DNA of 64,000 nt from the NCBI GenBank assembly GCA_964453605.1, contig CAYVOI010000001.1, positions 420,095-484,094 of the forward strand. The letters are read 5' to 3'. Below the pieces are notes generated by a model. It ran no database searches. It was given only the letters and a program-made list of their open reading frames with translations, and was not told where the DNA came from. Positions 47,688 through 57,024 of this stretch are shown here, piece by piece. The stretch comes from an uncultured Gammaproteobacteria bacterium. Lineage in GTDB: Bacteria > Patescibacteriota > Patescibacteriia > Veblenbacterales > UBA10138. A program made the position numbers and the translations under genes. The first letter of the stretch is position 1; every line of letters begins with the position of its first letter.

Positions 47688-48833
47688 ATGAATCTGCTGC
47701 AGTATAAGGAAGTCTCCAGAAGTCAACGTATTTTGTATTGGATAGCTCAGTTGATACCTTCAGTTTTAGTATTACTAATAAACTATATCGTTTTTAGCTA
47801 TTTTATAGACATAAATACTATTTATACAAAAGTGAACGAGTCGTTACTTTCCCCAATACTTGCAGGTTTTTATATCTTGGTGTTTGAGATAGTGCTCTGC
47901 TTAGTCTTCAGTTTAGGAATTAACCTGGCGTTCTTTTACAGACGCATCATTAAATCCACCGCCGGCCTCATCTTCTTAGTGTCATTGCAAATAGTGATTT
48001 TACCAATAGTTCAATATGCTGAGGCTAGTATTAAAGATAGTTATTATACGAGGAGCCGTGTTGACCTAGTCCAGAAGGTCTTAAATACAAAAAGTTCTGA
48101 GGTCGCAATACAAGAAATCATTGCGATGGATTTTACCGGCAGAAGGACAACTGAAACTGAGCTTATTAATACCCTGGTAGCAGCCCTCAACAGCGCAAAC
48201 GATGCTGACTCTCAAACAAGGCTTATACGAGCTATGGCAAACCCGTCGTTTGCTCTTCAGTTAGATAACAATAAGCATTGGGTTTACCCAATAGCCACAG
48301 CGATTGTTGAACTGAATACTAAAACATCCACAGCTTTTACCGTCAGGCAAGCGAGCTTTGCTACCCTTAAGGTTCACTGTACTGATGACACCGTGAGCGA
48401 CAATATTACTTGCGTAGGGTTATGGGAGTTGACCAAAGCCTCTTTGAACCTAAATGACGAGGCAGTACGTCAACTCACCTACTCAAATTTTTTTGATGCT
48501 GCTACGATGACCAACTATCAGTTCGATGACCCCCTCAGTAAGAGTGCCCTGAGTGCTATTTTTTCTTCTTTTGTTAATGAGCCAAATACAAGTGTTCGGG
48601 CGAACATGGCGATCGAAATGGTAAAATGGCTTGGGTCGGGCAACACTCATTATAATCTAATATCTACTACGAATAGTACTCTATCCATAGAGCTTGTTAA
48701 TTTGTTGTTAAGTTATAAAGATCAATTGCAGCCACTCGCTAATCCGCCAGGCAGACTAGGTTATGATCCTGTTAAAAATCTAGAACAGCTTAAGGTTAGT
48801 TTAGGTGGATCGGTAAACATTGCGACGCCATAG
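47688..48833 (+). CDS. Hypothetical membrane protein (four N-terminal TM helices plus a ~250-aa soluble domain), AT-rich cargo between the repeats
   Basis: About 30-35% GC; AGGA RBS; no motif. Confidence 0.6.
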   Translation: MNLLQYKEVSRSQRILYWIAQLIPSVLVLLINYIVFSYFIDINTIYTKVNESLLSPILAGFYILVFEIVLCLVFSLGINLAFFYRRIIKSTAGLIFLVSLQIVILPIVQYAEASIKDSYYTRSRVDLVQKVLNTKSSEVAIQEIIAMDFTGRRTTETELINTLVAALNSANDADSQTRLIRAMANPSFALQLDNNKHWVYPIATAIVELNTKTSTAFTVRQASFATLKVHCTDDTVSDNITCVGLWELTKASLNLNDEAVRQLTYSNFFDAATMTNYQFDDPLSKSALSAIFSSFVNEPNTSVRANMAIEMVKWLGSGNTHYNLISTTNSTLSIELVNLLLSYKDQLQPLANPPGRLGYDPVKNLEQLKVSLGGSVNIATP

Positions 48834-48850
48834 TCCGATTGAATGATCTT

Positions 48851-48901
48851 ATATGCCAACCACCAAAGATTTCGAAACTTCCCAATTTCCCACCTGGTGC
48901 C
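48851..48901 (+). repeat. Direct repeat copy 2: the functional korB start
   Basis: See copy 1. Confidence 0.9.
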
Positions 48902-49740
48902 CGGGGTGCGGGGACTTTGGTATTTGGACGTGCCTCAAGAATGCTTTTGTGGAGCAAGGTTTAGCGCCGCACGAGGTGTGCGTGTCGTTTGGCATTGGTT
49001 GCAGCGGCAACATGGCCAGCTTCCTTAATGTATATGGGTTCCACGGGCTCCACGGCCGCAGTATTCCACCTGCGAGCGCTATAAAGCTTGCGAATCATAA
49101 ATTAAATGTAGTTGCAATTGGTGGCGATGGCGATGGCTACGGCATTGGCCTGGGGCACACCATTCATGCTATGCGAAGGAACCTGGACATAACCTACGTG
49201 GTGCACAACAACCAGGTGTACGGGCTTACCAAGGGCCAAGCCTCACCTACCACTGAGAAGGGTGCGCCGACAAAGTCCACGCCGTTTGGTTTAATCGAAG
49301 AGCCGCTGGACCCTATGGCGCTTGCTATTTCAGCTGGGGCCACGTACGTCGCGCGCGGCTACGCGGGTAACGTAAAGCAGCTCACGGAGCTTATTGTGGG
49401 CGGTATGAAGCACAAAGGCTTTGCACTCATCGACGTAATGCAGCCGTGCGTTACCTACAACCACCTCAACACCTTTCACTGGTTCTACCAGCGTATCTAT
49501 GAGTTGGATAAAGAAGGCCATAATCCCAAAGACAAGCACGCTGCTTGGCTTAAGGCTATGGAGTGGCCCACGCCGTTAACGTATGACCCGAACCGCATTG
49601 ATCGAATTCCCACCGGGCTCTTCTACCAAGAAGAGCGGCCGACGTATGAAGACGAACTACCAGCTATTGCGGACAAGCCCTTAGTGGAACACTCGTTGGA
49701 GAACATCGATATTACAGCCCTAATGGAAACATTGAGCTAG
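48853..49740 (+). CDS. korB: 2-oxoacid:ferredoxin oxidoreductase beta subunit (TPP-binding)
   Basis: CPGCGDFG Cys motif and the GDG TPP-binding region. Confidence 0.9.
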   Translation: MPTTKDFETSQFPTWCPGCGDFGIWTCLKNAFVEQGLAPHEVCVSFGIGCSGNMASFLNVYGFHGLHGRSIPPASAIKLANHKLNVVAIGGDGDGYGIGLGHTIHAMRRNLDITYVVHNNQVYGLTKGQASPTTEKGAPTKSTPFGLIEEPLDPMALAISAGATYVARGYAGNVKQLTELIVGGMKHKGFALIDVMQPCVTYNHLNTFHWFYQRIYELDKEGHNPKDKHAAWLKAMEWPTPLTYDPNRIDRIPTGLFYQEERPTYEDELPAIADKPLVEHSLENIDITALMETLS

Positions 49741-49759
49741 CCTGTGTTAGAATAGTAAG

Positions 49760-51478
49760 GTGACAAGCAAACGTTGGCAGGTAGCCGAACCAATTTCGCA
49801 AGAGGTTACAGGGTCGTTCCCGGAGATTGACCCAGTTTTGCTGCAACTGCTCTGGAACCGGGACGTGCGCACCCAAGAAGCGATTGATGAGTTCCTGAAC
49901 CCTGAGTGGAGTAAAGACGTACACGATCCCTACTTGTTCCGCCACATGAAAAAGGCGGTGGAGCGGGTGTACGAGGCTATTGGCGCGGGGCAGGCGATTG
50001 GCGTGTTTGGGGATTACGATGCCGACGGTGTGAGTGCGGCCGTTATACTGTCTGACACGTTGAAAAAACTTGGCGCCAAGCTCGAAGTGTACTTGCCTCA
50101 CCGTGAGCGTGAGGGCTATGGACTCAATACTGAAGCCATCAAGTACTTGCACGGTAAGGGCGCCACAGTCCTCGTTACCTGTGATTGCGGGATTGCGAAC
50201 GTCAGCCAGGTAGCCTACGCTAACAGCCTCGGAATCGATGTTATAATCACCGACCACCACCAGCGTCAGGCTGAGCTGCCGCAGGCCTACGCCATTCTGC
50301 ACTGTGGGTTAGACGAGGAAACGTACCCGTTTAAGTATCTCTCAGGCGGCGGCATGGCGTTTAAATTTGTGCAGGGGCTGCTGCGCTATGATGGCTGCCA
50401 CTTGCCTGAGCCTGAGCGCGAAGCACACGAGAAGTGGTTACTGGATTTGGTAGCCATTTCGACAGTGGGGGACATGATGGAGCTCGTGGGGGAAAACCGT
50501 ACCCTGGTGAAATACGGCCTGGTGGTTTTACGGAAAACGAAACGTTTAGGGTTACGCAAGCTGATAGAGGCAGCCGCACTTAAGGCAGAGAACTTAGACA
50601 CCTACTCCATTGGTTTCCAAATCGCGCCGCGTATTAACGCCGCGGGACGCATGGACCACGCCAACGCTGCCTACGCACTGCTTATGTCAGAGAACGTGGG
50701 TGAGGCTGGGGAGCTGGCGCGAGCCCTTAACCTTACCAACAGCGCGCGGCAGAAATTAACCGACGAAATGTTTGAAGCCTCGTGTGAGCAGATTGGCGAG
50801 CTGAAACCTGACCAGTACCTGGTGCATGCGTTTGCGCCGGAGTGGCCCTTGGGAATGGTGGGGTTGGTGGCAGGCAAACTGGTGCAAGAGTACGGCCGGC
50901 CGGCTCTTGTACTCTGCGAGAATGGCGGCCGGGTAGCAGGTTCGGGTCGCAGCGGCGTAGGTGGGTTTGATTTAGCGGCCGCACTTACCGAGTGCAAGGA
51001 GCTCCTCACCAGCTGGGGTGGGCACAAAGAGGCGGCTGGGTTTTCTTTGCCCAAAGAGAACCTGGAGTCGTTCCTAGCTCAGTTTGAACGTATTGCTGTT
51101 CGCGAGCTTGCGGGAGTTGATCTTACACCTGTGATGAGGATAGATTTGGCCGTTCTACTGCCACAAGCCGATTGGGCTCTAGTAGAACAGGTAGCGCAAC
51201 TTGAGCCAACCGGACAGCTTAACCCTAAGGCTCGGTTTGTGAGCTACAAGCTTACAGTGGACGAACTCCGGCCAGTTGGTGCCCAAGGCCAGCACCTTAC
51301 ACTTGTGCTAGAAGGCGACGGCGTGGCGCGTAAGTTCATTCTGTTCCGCCAGGGCGATACCGGCACTTTGCTTAAATTGGGGGACAAAGTTGATGTGGTG
51401 TACGAGGTCGGCGTGAACGAGTGGAATGGGAATAGGGAGCTTGAGTTGAAGGTAGTTGATATAAAGAAGAGTATTTAG
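49760..51478 (+). CDS. recJ: Single-stranded-DNA-specific exonuclease RecJ
   Basis: DHH motifs GVFGDYDADGVSAA and ITDHH; DHHA1 domain. Confidence 0.85.
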   Translation: MTSKRWQVAEPISQEVTGSFPEIDPVLLQLLWNRDVRTQEAIDEFLNPEWSKDVHDPYLFRHMKKAVERVYEAIGAGQAIGVFGDYDADGVSAAVILSDTLKKLGAKLEVYLPHREREGYGLNTEAIKYLHGKGATVLVTCDCGIANVSQVAYANSLGIDVIITDHHQRQAELPQAYAILHCGLDEETYPFKYLSGGGMAFKFVQGLLRYDGCHLPEPEREAHEKWLLDLVAISTVGDMMELVGENRTLVKYGLVVLRKTKRLGLRKLIEAAALKAENLDTYSIGFQIAPRINAAGRMDHANAAYALLMSENVGEAGELARALNLTNSARQKLTDEMFEASCEQIGELKPDQYLVHAFAPEWPLGMVGLVAGKLVQEYGRPALVLCENGGRVAGSGRSGVGGFDLAAALTECKELLTSWGGHKEAAGFSLPKENLESFLAQFERIAVRELAGVDLTPVMRIDLAVLLPQADWALVEQVAQLEPTGQLNPKARFVSYKLTVDELRPVGAQGQHLTLVLEGDGVARKFILFRQGDTGTLLKLGDKVDVVYEVGVNEWNGNRELELKVVDIKKSI

Positions 51479-51525
51479 CTGACCGTGGGTTTAAGTTTGA
51501 TCTTTTTGAATACAGAGACAAAATG

Positions 51526-51556
51526 AAAGCCCCTCCAACGCGAAAGGGCTTTTTCA
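51526..51556 (+). terminator. Rho-independent terminator after recJ
   Basis: aaagccc-ctccaacgcgaaa-gggcttt followed by TT. Confidence 0.55.
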
Positions 51557-51580
51557 GAACATGTTCTTTGGCTCTATGCT

Positions 51581-51889
51581 TCAGTAGCCAGCCAGTTCCT
51601 TTACGGAGAGTATAAACATTTTGAGTTTCCGCTTGCATTTTTTGCACCCGCCATCGAGTACAAGGATATGCCGGAGACCTTGTTCTAGTAAGTCAGGATC
51701 TACCCGCTCAAGGCTGTGCGGCCATCGGTGCTGGGTGTGTTTGATGTATATATCAATTATTTGATCGGTGAACTCAGCACCACCTTCTCGTAGCCTTTCT
51801 TTTAAAAGTTGGTTTACCGCACTGAGCTCCTCCGCGTTGGATGTTAAGGCCTTAAGCTCATTTACAGAAAAAAAGCTTGTGGGTTCCAT
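51581..51889 (-). CDS. Hypothetical protein
   Basis: 102 aa; C-terminal CKKCKRK. Confidence 0.45.
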   Translation of the reverse strand: MEPTSFFSVNELKALTSNAEELSAVNQLLKERLREGGAEFTDQIIDIYIKHTQHRWPHSLERVDPDLLEQGLRHILVLDGGCKKCKRKLKMFILSVKELAGY

Positions 51890-51967
51890 GTTTGAGCCCT
51901 TTATGTATGTTTGACTTTTATTGAGTTAAGCTGTTATTTGGTTTAAACTTAGATCGTAAGCATTTCT

Positions 51968-52387
51968 ATGTCAAGAAATCATATAATGATTTTAAGAACC
52001 GATGGTGGCGCGCGGGGGAACCCAGGCCCTGCCGCGATTGGCGTGGTGATTGCCGACGAACAGGGGGGCATGGTGCGCGAGTTCGGCCGCTACATCGGCG
52101 AGACCACGAACAACCAAGCGGAGTACCAGGCCCTGCTCGCCGGCTTGGAGGAAGCAAAAAAGTTGGGCGCTACCGAGGTGCACTGCTATCTCGACAGCGA
52201 GCTTGTTGTTAAGCAGCTCAGGCAAGAGTATAAGGTAAAGGACAAGGGCTTAGCGCCGCTGTTTGTAAAAGTGTGGAACCTAAGTCAGTCGTTTACAAAG
52301 GTAACGTACACTAGTGTACCCCGCGAACAAAACAAGCGGGCTGATATGTTAGTGAACCAAACGCTCGATATTCATCCTAAGGCTTAA
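51968..52387 (+). CDS. rnhA: Ribonuclease HI
   Basis: TDGGARGNPGPAAIGVV...NNQAEYQALLAGLEEA...CYLDSELVVKQL matches the RNase H catalytic D/E/D motifs. Confidence 0.85.
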   Translation: MSRNHIMILRTDGGARGNPGPAAIGVVIADEQGGMVREFGRYIGETTNNQAEYQALLAGLEEAKKLGATEVHCYLDSELVVKQLRQEYKVKDKGLAPLFVKVWNLSQSFTKVTYTSVPREQNKRADMLVNQTLDIHPKA

Positions 52388-52389
52388 CG

Positions 52390-52421
52390 TTATTCCAATG
52401 TTCCTAAGAACATTGGAATAA
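52390..52421 (+). terminator. Perfect 14-bp-stem hairpin after rnhA
   Basis: ttattccaatgttc-ctaa-gaacattggaataa. Confidence 0.5.
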
Positions 52422-52524
52422 TAACTTGTAACACTATGAAAATTCAGCCGCGAGTTTGTCCTTGGCGCCTTCAGCAAAAACCGCCTGAGGTTTCAGACGG
52501 TCTTTGTTTCAAGCTGTGGGCACC

Positions 52525-52731
52525 TCACGCCGGGACGAGGTGGCAAATGTGGTGGGATAGGTACGCCATGTTTTCTCGGGCACAGTGTTCTTGTACGTGC
52601 GACGTAACCTGGGCGTAGGAATCTTTTAAGGGTAGGCGGCCGTCGATACGAACGTCTTTGAGGTGTTTGGTCAGCCTGCCAGTGCCGGCGGGTGATTTGT
52701 AGAGCACAATAATGCCTACGTTGAAGTTCAT
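52525..52731 (-). CDS. Hypothetical small protein (low confidence)
   Basis: AAGGA RBS on the minus strand; 68 aa. Confidence 0.3.
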   Translation of the reverse strand: MNFNVGIIVLYKSPAGTGRLTKHLKDVRIDGRLPLKDSYAQVTSHVQEHCARENMAYLSHHICHLVPA

Positions 52732-52814
52732 GGGGATCCTTTTTTGGTTGATGTGTTTTTAGTTTGGTTGTACTCTGTCTAAAGCTTAAAATTTGGCTAG
52801 CGTTCTGTCAACGT

Positions 52815-52849
52815 AAAACACCACCCTCGGGTTTGACCCGAGGGTGGTG
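52815..52849 (-). terminator. Rho-independent terminator of rnpB
   Basis: 13-bp perfect stem caccaccctcggg / cccgagggtggtg followed by UUUU on the minus strand. Confidence 0.8.
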
Positions 52850-52856
52850 ATATCTA

Positions 52857-53305
52857 TAGTGCTAAGCACACCTGATAAGCCGAATTCTGTATCCCGCCGA
52901 TGGCGGGACGGCGATTATCTATCTAGGCTCTACCTTGCGGTAGAGCTCAAGCTACCAACCCGACCGTAAAACTCACTTGTGGTGAGCCACGGCCCTATTT
53001 GGTATTGCACCGGGTAGAGTTTACCTAGCCGCCTGTGTCACCACAGACGCTGGTGGGCTTTTACGTTACTTCGCCGAAGCGAGTTATCCCGCGTAAGCGG
53101 GCCCACCGTTTCACCCCTTACCCGCCAGCTGGCGGGCGGGACTGTTCTCTGTTGTACTTGTCCTGCGGCGTGCCTTGCGGCAGCCAACGGCTCCTGTTAG
53201 GAGCTACCCCTCCCTATGCCTGGGAGCAGCGTGGTGTTCGGACTTTCCTCCCCGTAAAATCCCTTACGGGATCACGGGGCAATCGCCTAGGTGTACCTAG
53301 CTTGA
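52857..53305 (-). ncRNA. rnpB: RNase P RNA, bacterial type A (ends approximate)
   Basis: Minus-strand transcript contains GGAGGAAAGUCCGAAC (P4), GUAAGGGGUGAAACGGUGGG, GGUAAACUCUACCCGGUGCAAUACCAAAUAGGG and ACAGAAUUCGGCUUAUCAGGUG, aligning block by block with E. coli M1 RNA; a P1 helix is present. Confidence 0.9.
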
Positions 53306-53359
53306 CTAGTCTAGCATAAACTCGTAAAAAGTCAAGGAACTCGGTATACTAATTGGCGT

Positions 53360-54760
53360 ATGAAACGTTCTCAATTACTGCTCGCCACGGTCGCGCTACC
53401 GCTTGATTACGTACTCTTGCTGACTGCCGGGCTCCTCGCGTACCAGCTTCGTTTTGAGGCCTGGGTCACGGACCTGAGGCCGGTGGTGTTCCAGCTGCCC
53501 TTAGGGGAGTTTATGCAGCTCCTTATGGTAGTGGCGCTAGTCTGGTTGGTGCTGTTTGCGCTGGCGGGGCTCTATGCTATTTCAGGTTACCTGAAGTTCT
53601 CTACTGAGGTGGGGAAGCTGTTCTTAGCGTGCGCCGCGGGGTTGGCACTCATTATTACGCTGTTCTTCTTTAACCCACTGCTCTTTAGTTCTCGTTTCAT
53701 TGTGCTAGCGGGTTCGGGGTTTGCTTTTCTCTTCACGCTGCTTGGGCGCTTGGCACTACGGCTTCTACGCGCAGCGCTCTACCGGCGCGGTATTGCAATT
53801 ACCCGTGTGGTTCTGCTCGGCGACGACGCGGCCACACGTACCCTTGAACAGTTGTTCCAGCGTAATCCTGGGCTTGGTTTCCGCGTGGTAAAGCGTTTTG
53901 GGGCTGCTGAGCTTATTACCTTGTCTTCTGGCGAGATCGAGGCTGATGAGGTCCTGATAGGTGAAGCGGGTTTACCGCACCAGGTAATAGTGCAGGTTTT
54001 GGAGTACTGCGTCACACACCACCTAGGGTTCCGCTACGTGGCGGACATGTTGGAGGCACAGTCGCACAACGTGGTAACGCATACGTTGGCCGGGTTACCT
54101 ATTATAGAGATAAAGCGTACCCCCCTGGACGGTTGGGGTAGAGTAGCCAAACGTGTTTTTGACTTGGTAGCCTCTACGGTGTTAATAGTGCTACTGTCGC
54201 CAGTTATGTTTCTTACCGCACTCGTAATTCTGGTGGACTCTGGCTGGCCGGTACTCTGGAGTAAGTTTGACGATGGCACGCCCCTGAAGCGTATTGGGGA
54301 GCATGGTCGGCCGTTCCGGTACTTTAAGTTCCGCTCCATGAGAAATGGCACACACTCTTTGCGCTACACCGAGCTGGCCACGTACGACTTACGCCAGGGT
54401 GGCCCTTTGGTCAAAATTGAGAACGACCCACGGGTTACGTCGGTGGGGCGGTTTATAAGACGTTACTCTATTGATGAGCTACCCGAACTTTTTTTGGTTT
54501 TGTTCGGTCGTATGAGCTTGGTGGGGCCGAGGCCTCACCTGCCCGAAGAGGTAGCGCGCTACCGTGAGCGTGAGCGACGGGTGCTTGCTATTAAACCAGG
54601 TATTACGGGTTTGGCACAAATTTCTGGGCGCGATAACTTGAGCTTTGACGACGAAGTTAGGCTCGACACGTTCTACATTGAGAACTGGTCCTTGGGTAGC
54701 GACCTGGTTATCCTTATTAAAACTCTTGTCGTAGTATTGCAGCACAAGGCTGCTGTTTGA
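53360..54760 (+). CDS. Polyprenyl-phosphate glycosyl-phosphotransferase (bacterial sugar transferase, WbaP-like)
   Basis: N-terminal TM helices; C-terminal Bac_transf domain (...SLVGPRP...KPGITGLAQISGR). Confidence 0.85.
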   Translation: MKRSQLLLATVALPLDYVLLLTAGLLAYQLRFEAWVTDLRPVVFQLPLGEFMQLLMVVALVWLVLFALAGLYAISGYLKFSTEVGKLFLACAAGLALIITLFFFNPLLFSSRFIVLAGSGFAFLFTLLGRLALRLLRAALYRRGIAITRVVLLGDDAATRTLEQLFQRNPGLGFRVVKRFGAAELITLSSGEIEADEVLIGEAGLPHQVIVQVLEYCVTHHLGFRYVADMLEAQSHNVVTHTLAGLPIIEIKRTPLDGWGRVAKRVFDLVASTVLIVLLSPVMFLTALVILVDSGWPVLWSKFDDGTPLKRIGEHGRPFRYFKFRSMRNGTHSLRYTELATYDLRQGGPLVKIENDPRVTSVGRFIRRYSIDELPELFLVLFGRMSLVGPRPHLPEEVARYRERERRVLAIKPGITGLAQISGRDNLSFDDEVRLDTFYIENWSLGSDLVILIKTLVVVLQHKAAV

Positions 54761-54763
54761 CCT

Positions 54764-55852
54764 ATGCACGTAGCCCTGGCCCACGACCACCTGAACCAGT
54801 TTGGCGGTGCCGAACAAGTTCTAACCGAGTTCCATGGTCTGTACCCTGAGGCACCTATTTTTACGTTGCTCTACGACGAGGCGGCCGTCGGGGGCTACTT
54901 TCCAGGTTGGGATGTTCGTAACTCGTTCATTGAGCGCCTACCTGGTGGGCACCGGTTTTTCAAGTGGTACCTAGCACTCATGCCGACCGCTGTAGAGCAG
55001 CTTGATTTTTCTGGTTACGACCTGGTGGTTTCTTCGGCCTCCGCGCTCATTAAAGGTATTGTGGTAAAACCACACGCCACCCATGTGTGCTACTGTCACA
55101 CACCGACCCGCTACCTCTGGAGCGACGCGTTGGAGTACACCTCTGAGCTACCGCAGCCGTGGTTGGTGAAGAAGGTACTGCCGTTCTTGCTCACACGTCT
55201 CAGGCAGTGGGATTACTTGGCGGCTCAGCGGGTGGACCACTACGTAGCCAATTCTAAGTTCGTGGCCGCCAGAATTGCCAAGTACTACCGCCGGGAGGCT
55301 AAGGTTATCTACCCGCCGGTACACGTGGAGCGTTTTGCCAAGCTCGCCGAACCCGAGGACTACTTTTTGGTCGTGTCGAGGCTTAGGCCGTACAAGCGGG
55401 TAGACCTAGCTATACGCGCCTTCAACAAGCTCGGCATGAAGCTCAAAGTGATAGGCACTGGTGAGCAAGAGGCAGAGCTTAGGGCTATGGCAAAATCTAA
55501 CATAGAGTTTTTGGGGCAGGTTTCCGAAGAGCAGAAAGCTTACTACCTCGCGCGGGCCAAGGCACTCATTTTCCCGCAAGAAGAGGATTTTGGCATAACA
55601 GCGGTTGAGGCTATGGCCTCCGGCCGACCAGTCATTGCCTACCAAGCCGGCGGGGCCCTTGAAATAGTTAAAGACAGCGTGACGGGTAAGTTTTTTGAGG
55701 AACAGTCGTGGGAGGCCCTGGCAGATGCGGTTATACGGTTCCGCTACGAACAGTACAAGCCCGAGGCTATCCAAGCAGCCGCTCGTAGCTACTCAAGCCA
55801 GCGTTTTGCTGAGGAGTGGGGGAGTTACGTGAGCACCGTTACTAGCCGCTAA
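54764..55852 (+). CDS. Glycosyltransferase family 4
   Basis: EDFGITAVEAMASGRPVIA (E-x7-E motif). Confidence 0.8.
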   Translation: MHVALAHDHLNQFGGAEQVLTEFHGLYPEAPIFTLLYDEAAVGGYFPGWDVRNSFIERLPGGHRFFKWYLALMPTAVEQLDFSGYDLVVSSASALIKGIVVKPHATHVCYCHTPTRYLWSDALEYTSELPQPWLVKKVLPFLLTRLRQWDYLAAQRVDHYVANSKFVAARIAKYYRREAKVIYPPVHVERFAKLAEPEDYFLVVSRLRPYKRVDLAIRAFNKLGMKLKVIGTGEQEAELRAMAKSNIEFLGQVSEEQKAYYLARAKALIFPQEEDFGITAVEAMASGRPVIAYQAGGALEIVKDSVTGKFFEEQSWEALADAVIRFRYEQYKPEAIQAAARSYSSQRFAEEWGSYVSTVTSR

Positions 55853-55860
55853 GCCCTCAT

Positions 55861-57021
55861 ATGCGCCTGGGGGTAGACCTACGCTGTTTGCAAGATGGGA
55901 ACCGTACCGGGGTGGGGGAGGTGGCGTGGCAAACACTTCGGGCTTTAAGCACGCGTCCGGGAGTAGAACTTGTAGGTTTCGCTAATGCTGCTGGCACCAT
56001 AGACCTACCGCCACAACTTGAACGCGCTGTACAGGTGGTTAGAACCAGAGTGCCCAACAAGGTAAAAAACCTGAAGCTCTACCTTGGGCTTGGTGAGGCT
56101 ATTGACGTAACACTCAGTAAACAGACTGGAGCCAAGCTCGACGCACTGTGGCTCCCTAACCCCAGTTTTGCCCATGTTAGTAAGCATTGCCCAGTGGTGC
56201 TGACAGTGCACGACCTGTCGTTCTTTCACTACCCCGAGTTTTTTCCGCGCCGGGGGAGGGTGTGGTACTTTCCTGCCGTGCGGCGTTTGCTTGAACGTGG
56301 CCTACCACCACGTTCAAAGGTAGTAGCGGTTTCGCAGAGCACAGCACAAGACCTCAGTGAACAGTTCCCTGCCCTGCGTTCGCGCCTTGAAGTTATTTAC
56401 CCGGGCCTGACCCAAGATTACTTTGAGCCCCCAACTGTGGCTGAGCGCCAGCGGGCGACGGAACGTTTGCATTTACCTACAAAATTTTTGCTGAGTGTTG
56501 GCACCGTGGAGCCAAGGAAGAATTACCAGCTCCTGCTTAGGGCATACGATGAGCTGGTTCGCCTAGACCCTCAGTTTCCGTTTGACCTGGTGATTGCAGG
56601 CGGCTGGGGTTGGCGCTCAAAGCCGCTGGAACACCTCTACCACAGTTTGCCGAGCCGACGGCGTATACACTTTACTGGTTACGTGAGCGAGGCCGATAAA
56701 CGTGTGCTCTACGCTGAGGCCGCTGCGTTCTTATATCCATCGTACTACGAGGGCTTTGGCATTCCGGTGCTTGAAGCTATGGCGGCAGGGCTACCAGTGC
56801 TCGCCAGCCATAGCTCATCACTACCTGAGGTGGTGGGGGAGGCGGGCGTACTCCTAACGCCGTTAAACCCTAATGTTTGGTTGCAGGCTATTCAGTGGCT
56901 CATGAGAGACCAAACCGCTCGCACAGAACTCGCTACTAAGGCTCGCTCCCGAGCGCGTGAATTTTCTTGGGAACAGGCGGCTAATGCCTACTATGCGTTG
57001 TTTCGAGAACTTACCAGCTAG
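55861..57021 (+). CDS. Glycosyltransferase family 4
   Basis: EGFGIPVLEAMAAGLPVLAS. Confidence 0.8.
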   Translation: MRLGVDLRCLQDGNRTGVGEVAWQTLRALSTRPGVELVGFANAAGTIDLPPQLERAVQVVRTRVPNKVKNLKLYLGLGEAIDVTLSKQTGAKLDALWLPNPSFAHVSKHCPVVLTVHDLSFFHYPEFFPRRGRVWYFPAVRRLLERGLPPRSKVVAVSQSTAQDLSEQFPALRSRLEVIYPGLTQDYFEPPTVAERQRATERLHLPTKFLLSVGTVEPRKNYQLLLRAYDELVRLDPQFPFDLVIAGGWGWRSKPLEHLYHSLPSRRRIHFTGYVSEADKRVLYAEAAAFLYPSYYEGFGIPVLEAMAAGLPVLASHSSSLPEVVGEAGVLLTPLNPNVWLQAIQWLMRDQTARTELATKARSRAREFSWEQAANAYYALFRELTS

Positions 57022-57024
57022 GGT

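Noticed and set aside
53035-53319. 94-aa plus-strand ORF
   Set aside because: It lies entirely within the RNase P RNA gene on the opposite strand.
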